Part shown: positions 59,246 to 64,000 of the stretch, piece by piece
How positions within the stretch are numbered: position 1 is the first letter of the stretch
Layout: each line of letters opens with the position of its first letter
Assembly: GCA_965116885.1 (NCBI GenBank)
Contig: OZ220741.1
Coordinates: forward strand, 1,632,001 to 1,696,000
Direction: 5' to 3'
Length of the DNA stretch: 64,000 bases
DNA from: Candidatus Latescibacterota bacterium
GTDB lineage: Bacteria; Latescibacterota; UBA2968
Made by a program: the position numbers and the translations under genes
The notes under the pieces: model-generated
What the model was told of the DNA's origin: nothing
Database searches by the model: none
The model's input: only the letters and a program-made list of their open reading frames with translations

Positions 59246-59980
59246 TCACATCCCAAGTTCGATGCGTTCGGCCAAAAAAGGCGGAAGTCCCGCCGATAGA
59301 ATTTTGGCCTGCGCTGTTGCCACATCGTAAGACACGCGGCGCAATTGGAGGTTCCCTTTTTCTCGATCCCACACGACAAAAGCCGCTCGCGCATCGCCGT
59401 CGCGAGGTTGTCCTACACTGCCGACATTTACGAGATAGCGGTCATTGTCGGACAACTGCACTTCTCCTTCGCGTGTAAGTACTGTTTTTTCAGATGCCGA
59501 GCACACAAATGCGCGGTGAGAATGTCCGACAAAACACATTTCGAAATTGGTTTGAGCGAGCATTGACCAGCCATCTTCGGGGTCAAATAAATAGTGCCAC
59601 AACTCGGGTTCAATTGGCGAAGCATGGGCATAGCAATAAGCAGATTCGTTTTGAAAGGGTTGGTAAGATCGCAATAGCGAGGCGTTTTCATCACTCAGCA
59701 TTTGAACGGTCCATTGTATTGCCGCCAGTGCCACGGGGTTAAAAAATCCCGGATCTTCCAGGCCCACTGCCGCCCAATCGTGATTGCCCGCCAGCACGAG
59801 ATCTGATACTTCGCGCACGCGTTCTATACACATATTGGGGTCTGCGCCGTATCCAACCATATCGCCCAAACAAATAATTCGATCTACTTGTGCTTCTGCA
59901 ATTTTTTCCAGCACTGTTTGCAAGGCTTCGAGATTTCCGTGTACATCTGAAAAAATCGCGATGCGTCCAATATTATCCAT
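59246..59980 (-). CDS. Metallophosphoesterase family protein
   Basis: SDVHGN, GDMVGYG, GNHD, GHSH, NVGSVGQPRDGD. Confidence 0.92.
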   Translation of the reverse strand: MDNIGRIAIFSDVHGNLEALQTVLEKIAEAQVDRIICLGDMVGYGADPNMCIERVREVSDLVLAGNHDWAAVGLEDPGFFNPVALAAIQWTVQMLSDENASLLRSYQPFQNESAYCYAHASPIEPELWHYLFDPEDGWSMLAQTNFEMCFVGHSHRAFVCSASEKTVLTREGEVQLSDNDRYLVNVGSVGQPRDGDARAAFVVWDREKGNLQLRRVSYDVATAQAKILSAGLPPFLAERIELGM

Positions 59981-60395
59981 TGGGTTGTCCCGCATTCATC
60001 TTGGACAGGGTATCGAGAATACCGTTGATAAAGTTAGAAGCATTGGCTTCGCTAAATTGCTTGGCCAGTTCTATTGCTTCATCAATAGAGACTTTGTAGG
60101 GAATATCTTCGAAATAGCGCATTTCGGCAAGTGCCATCCAGAGGACGATGCGATCTATACGCGAAACCCGATCTAATGACCAATTTTCCAGTACGGGTTC
60201 AATAGATGCGTCCAGTTCTTCGCGGTGGTCCCAGGCTGTTTGGGCCAGATTTATCGCAAAATCCGAGCTCGATGCCGAAAGGCGCGCACGGATGCACATG
60301 GTCTGCGCTGTCTGTTGTACTGGGTCGCCAACGCTCGCGGTCCAATAAAGTGCTTGCAACGCAGCCTGACGCGCTTTGCGTCTTGATTTTATCAT
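59973..60395 (-). CDS. nusB: Transcription antitermination factor NusB
   Basis: [16 protein letters not shown]...[21 protein letters not shown]. Confidence 0.95.
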   Translation of the reverse strand: MIKSRRKARQAALQALYWTASVGDPVQQTAQTMCIRARLSASSSDFAINLAQTAWDHREELDASIEPVLENWSLDRVSRIDRIVLWMALAEMRYFEDIPYKVSIDEAIELAKQFSEANASNFINGILDTLSKMNAGQPNG

Positions 60396-60868
60396 TTTTT
60401 CGACTCCCAGGCAGCGATAACGCCAATCATTTCAATCGCGCCCAGTGCCGCTTCCCACCCCTTATTGCCGGCTTTTGTACCTGCCCTCTCAATCGCCTGT
60501 TCAATGGTATCGGTTGTCAAAATACCAAATACGGTAGGTACACCTGTTTCGCGACCAACAGATGCCACACCTTTTGCGGCTTCGTTGCATACGTAGTCAA
60601 AATGCGGTGTGCTGCCTCTGATTATTGCGCCCAGACAGATAAGCGCGTCATATCGACCGCTTTGCGCCATTTTTTGTGCCATCGTGGGAATTTCAAAACT
60701 TCCCGGCACCCATACCACATCTATGGCATCTGTATCGCCACCGTGCCGCGCAATAGAATCGAGCGCGCCACCGAGCAATTCTTTGCTGATAAACGCATTG
60801 AATCGCGCCACCACAATGCCAAACTGTTTGCCTTTTGCCGATAGCTGACCTTCATAAACTCTGGGCAT
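60392..60868 (-). CDS. ribH: 6,7-dimethyl-8-ribityllumazine synthase
   Basis: [32 protein letters not shown]. Confidence 0.97.
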   Translation of the reverse strand: MPRVYEGQLSAKGKQFGIVVARFNAFISKELLGGALDSIARHGGDTDAIDVVWVPGSFEIPTMAQKMAQSGRYDALICLGAIIRGSTPHFDYVCNEAAKGVASVGRETGVPTVFGILTTDTIEQAIERAGTKAGNKGWEAALGAIEMIGVIAAWESKK

Positions 60869-62102
60869 CGCGATCTCCTTCTTCGCCTAATTGCAATTCG
60901 TCCTCTTTAAACAAATGTCCCATCTTTTCTTGCTTGGTCCGCATATATGATAGGTTCCATTTGTTGACCTGAATGGCGACCGGGACGCGGTCAATAATTT
61001 CTATTCCATATGCTTCCAGGCCCACGCGCTTTGAGGGGTTATTGGTGATGAGTGCAACTTTTCTGATTCCCAAATCCGACAAAATTTGTGCGCCAATGCC
61101 GTAATCTCGGTCGTCCATCTTAAATCCGAGTTTCAAGTTGGCTTCTACGGTATCATATCCCTCTTCTTGCAGTTTGTACGCGTGTAATTTTGCCCGCAGG
61201 CCAATACCTCGTCCTTCCTGCCGCATGTACACCAGTGCTCCGCGTCCTTCTTTTTCAATCATCTCGAGTGCAGAGTGCAAATTTTTCTCGCAGTCACAGC
61301 GCAATGAGCCGAGTGAGTCGCCCGTCAGGCATTCGGAGTGCATCCGCACCATTACGGGTGTATCGCCGGAAAGGTCGCCTTTTACCAGTGCGACGTGTTC
61401 GCGTTCATCTACGTCGCTTTCATACAGGTGTAATTGAAATGTGCCAAATCGCGTGGGCATATCCACTTGCTCGACACAGCGCACCAGTTTTTCGGAACGG
61501 CGGCGATAGGCGATCAAATCGTGAATTGTCGTCACTTTCAAGCCAAATTGATCGGCAATTTCCAAAAGCTGTGGCAAACGTGCCATGGTGCCGTCTTCAT
61601 TCAGTATTTCACACAGTACACCGGCGGGATACAGGCCGGCCAAACGCGCCAGATCTATCGCAGCTTCTGTGTGTCCCGCACGTCGCAAAACCCCGCCGGG
61701 CATTGCGCGCAGTGGAAAAATGTGACCTGGCCTGCCAAAATTCTCAGACCGCGATTTGGGATCTACAAATTGTCGAATGGTTTCCGCGCGATCCTGTGCG
61801 GAAATACCGGTCGTTACACCGTAGAGCGCGTCAATACTCACGGTGAAGGGCGTACCGTGAAGTGCTGTGTTGGTATTGACCATCATGTCCAGGTCGAGTT
61901 CTTTGAGGCGGTCGGGCGTTGCGGGCAAACAGACCAGTCCGCGTCCATGGCGCGCCATAAAATTAATGGCTTCAGATGTTACTTTTTCCGCGGCCATAAT
62001 GAAGTCGCCTTCATTTTCCCGGTCTTCGTCATCAACGACAATGACGATTTTTCCCGCTCGAATATCTTCGAGGGCTTCTTCTATTGTTGCGATTTTGCCC
62101 AT
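60852..62102 (-). CDS. ribBA: Bifunctional DHBP synthase/GTP cyclohydrolase II
   Basis: [47 protein letters not shown]. Confidence 0.97.
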   Translation of the reverse strand: MGKIATIEEALEDIRAGKIVIVVDDEDRENEGDFIMAAEKVTSEAINFMARHGRGLVCLPATPDRLKELDLDMMVNTNTALHGTPFTVSIDALYGVTTGISAQDRAETIRQFVDPKSRSENFGRPGHIFPLRAMPGGVLRRAGHTEAAIDLARLAGLYPAGVLCEILNEDGTMARLPQLLEIADQFGLKVTTIHDLIAYRRRSEKLVRCVEQVDMPTRFGTFQLHLYESDVDEREHVALVKGDLSGDTPVMVRMHSECLTGDSLGSLRCDCEKNLHSALEMIEKEGRGALVYMRQEGRGIGLRAKLHAYKLQEEGYDTVEANLKLGFKMDDRDYGIGAQILSDLGIRKVALITNNPSKRVGLEAYGIEIIDRVPVAIQVNKWNLSYMRTKQEKMGHLFKEDELQLGEEGDRDAQSL

Positions 62103-62116
62103 ATATAATCTCCCCG

Positions 62117-62201
62117 CGAATCAACGAATCGACGAACCCGCCTATCCTCCCCAAACCAGTATTTATCTCTATTCGTCTATTCGTCTATTCGTCTATTCGT
62201 C
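62117..62201. repeat. Octamer-repeat intergenic element, copy B
   Basis: CGAATCAACGAATCGACGAA...core...(ATTCGTCT)x4; overlaps the ribE stop. Confidence 0.8.
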
Positions 62202-62840
62202 CACGCTCATTATCTCCCGAATGCGATCTTCTGTGAGCTTATCTTTATCATTCCCAAGTTGCACCAAACGCTCCAGATAGCGCGCGATCATATCCACTTC
62301 GATATTTACCCGGTCACCCGGATATTTTTCCGACAATGTCGTCACTTTTAATGTGTGCGGAATTGCCGCAACTGAAAAGGTACGATCGGTTACTGAAACC
62401 ACTGTCAGGCTGATTCCGTTGACGGTGACAGAGCCTTTTTGGGCAATATAAGGAGCCAACTCTGACGGTACTTCAAACTCAAATACAATTTGATCGGGGG
62501 ATTCCGTGCGGTCTGTTACGCGCCCCACGCCATCTACGTGTGCGGCAACGAGATGGCCGTCGAGGCGGTCGCCGAGTTTTAATGACCGCTCCAGATTGAC
62601 GCGGTTGCCCACGCGGCAATCACCCAGGGTCGTTCTTTGCAGTGTTTCTGCCACGGATTCGATTACAAATGTGTCGGCATCAAAATGTACGACGGTATGA
62701 CACGCACCTTCGATGGCAATGCTGTCACCTATTTTCACGCCATTGATCACGTGCTTCGCCGCTATGGTTGTGCGCTGATAACCCGCGCGCGATTCAATAT
62801 GCCGAATTGTTCCCACTTCTTCTACAATGCCGGTAAACAT
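62193..62840 (-). CDS. ribE: Riboflavin synthase (alpha chain)
   Basis: [43 protein letters not shown]. Confidence 0.96.
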   Translation of the reverse strand: MFTGIVEEVGTIRHIESRAGYQRTTIAAKHVINGVKIGDSIAIEGACHTVVHFDADTFVIESVAETLQRTTLGDCRVGNRVNLERSLKLGDRLDGHLVAAHVDGVGRVTDRTESPDQIVFEFEVPSELAPYIAQKGSVTVNGISLTVVSVTDRTFSVAAIPHTLKVTTLSEKYPGDRVNIEVDMIARYLERLVQLGNDKDKLTEDRIREIMSVDE

Positions 62841-63538
62841 GGTTGCTCAGATTTTTTGGATGATTTTTTCACGCGAGCAGTGAACAGAAAATCATCGTCG
62901 ATGGATTCGACTTTCACATTTTCAAGTGCAATCGCATCAGTTATTGAAGCAATATCTAAGGATCCGATTGCGGGTATTCCCGCGCCCAGTATTTTGGGCG
63001 CGACAAATGCGGCTATCCGATCTACCAGGCTCAGGCGCAATGCCGATGCAGCCACGCGACTGCCGCCTTCGATCAGGATGTATTGCAATCCCACCTGAGC
63101 GGCTTTTTGCAAGACTGCCTTCAAATTAATTTGGCCATTCAGTATTGGCAATTGCCAGATCTGTGCGCCTTTTTTTTTACGTTCTTCTACTCGTTTTTTG
63201 CACACCTCTTCAGCGGTTGCTATAATCAGGGGTGCTCCGCTAAAAATGTTGGCGTTTAATCCGATTTTTAGCTGAGAATCCAGAACGATTTTTGTCGGGC
63301 TGCATCCATCGACATATCGCACGGACAATTTCGGATCATCAGCCATCACTGTGCCGCGTCCGACCAAAATCGCGTCGGCCTCTGCGCGAAGTTGATGCCC
63401 GCGCACCCGCGATGTTTTTGATGTGATCCATTTCGAGTCGCCCGTGCAGGTGGCGATGTTGCCGTCCAGTGTTTGCGCCAGCTTTAAGGTGACAAAAGGC
63501 AATCCGGTTGATCGATATTTGGTTTCGAATTCGTTCAT
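62822..63538 (-). CDS. ribD: RibD C-terminal reductase domain only
   Basis: PFVTLKLAQTLDG, SKWIT, DAILVGRGTV..DDP, ILIEGG, APKILG; no deaminase HAE/PCxxC domain. Confidence 0.85.
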   Translation of the reverse strand: MNEFETKYRSTGLPFVTLKLAQTLDGNIATCTGDSKWITSKTSRVRGHQLRAEADAILVGRGTVMADDPKLSVRYVDGCSPTKIVLDSQLKIGLNANIFSGAPLIIATAEEVCKKRVEERKKKGAQIWQLPILNGQINLKAVLQKAAQVGLQYILIEGGSRVAASALRLSLVDRIAAFVAPKILGAGIPAIGSLDIASITDAIALENVKVESIDDDFLFTARVKKSSKKSEQPCLPAL

Positions 63539-64000
63539 TATTTCACTTCAAAAACGGTTTTTCCAACCCCCACGTTGCCCAGTGCATCTTCCGCTTTCAC
63601 TACGAGTGTATAAGAGCCAGTTTTCAGATTTTGAATGGAAAAATTCAGTGTCTCTGTCGGCGAATCAAATATCTGGTCTGTGGGGAAGACTACCTTCCAA
63701 TCGTCGGAGTTGAGTGAGTACGCTGCCTTGTGAATTGCAGTGGCAGCGTCCTGGATTGAACCGGTTACGCTTATGTTTTTGTCGATCTGCCTTATGTCGT
63801 GCAACTGCACAGTTGGTGCCGAATTATCAATATCAAAGGGCGCACTGATCGCCTCGGCTGTTAATCCGACGGGATTGTCCAATCGGTCTGATGCTACGAC
63901 CTTAACTTCGACTGTGCCATCGGGAACAGCTTGGGTGTGCCAAAAATAATGTGAGGTCTTCAAATCGTCTTTTAACAGCCGCCAGTGCGATTCGCCAATA
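63538..64000 (-). CDS. C-terminal end of a large hypothetical protein (Ig/FN3-like domains; 5' end outside window)
   Basis: Frame open to the window end (...GESHWRLLKDDLKTSHYFWHTQAVPDG...KVVASD...KAEDALGNVG); TAATG overlap with ribD. Confidence 0.7.
   Translation of the reverse strand, partial: IGESHWRLLKDDLKTSHYFWHTQAVPDGTVEVKVVASDRLDNPVGLTAEAISAPFDIDNSAPTVQLHDIRQIDKNISVTGSIQDAATAIHKAAYSLNSDDWKVVFPTDQIFDSPTETLNFSIQNLKTGSYTLVVKAEDALGNVGVGKTVFEVK

Noticed and set aside
62103..63540. FMN riboswitch for the rib genes
   Set aside because: No leader space (ribD overlaps the upstream gene), and the ribE-ribBA gap is filled by the octamer element.

Overview
Bacterial chromosomal window, most likely FCB superphylum (Ca. 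Latescibacterota/Gemmatimonadota-like). This is inferred from a PorV-family gene, a T9SS-type cargo, GWxTD proteins, a dockerin/EF-hand-like tail and a SecA with long insertions. Housekeeping genes occupy both ends. Left: split carB, nnr, two tRNA-Ser, gltX, tRNA-Gln. Right: groEL/groES with a perfect CIRCE, rhodanese, secA, metallophosphoesterase, nusB, ribH, ribBA, ribE and a reductase-only ribD. From ~9.1 to 48.5 kb every credible gene is on the minus strand. In transcription order the block holds a glycan-catabolism group (GH-like, heparinase II/III-like, large unknown, cysteine hydrolase, Na+/solute symporter), an outer-membrane cassette (beta-barrel, TonB-dependent receptor, T9SS cargo, PorV) and a TMTC-like glycosyltransferase with a methyltransferase-GT2 fusion. 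It continues with four TPR-GWxTD paralogues around a DUF6785-like membrane protein, a DUF2283 toxin-antitoxin-like pair, a 1.5-kaa degenerate-M28/FtsX fusion and a cold-shock gene. The best candidate for an undescribed system is the GWxTD/DUF6785/M28-FtsX envelope module with its neighbouring glycosylation and T9SS genes. Non-coding signals include a 125-bp direct repeat in the GWxTD array, a candidate two-hairpin sRNA, GTAG-type REP palindromes and an octamer-repeat element that supplies stop codons. No CRISPR array, integrase, transposase or rRNA was seen. Family names come from motif recognition by eye, not database searches.
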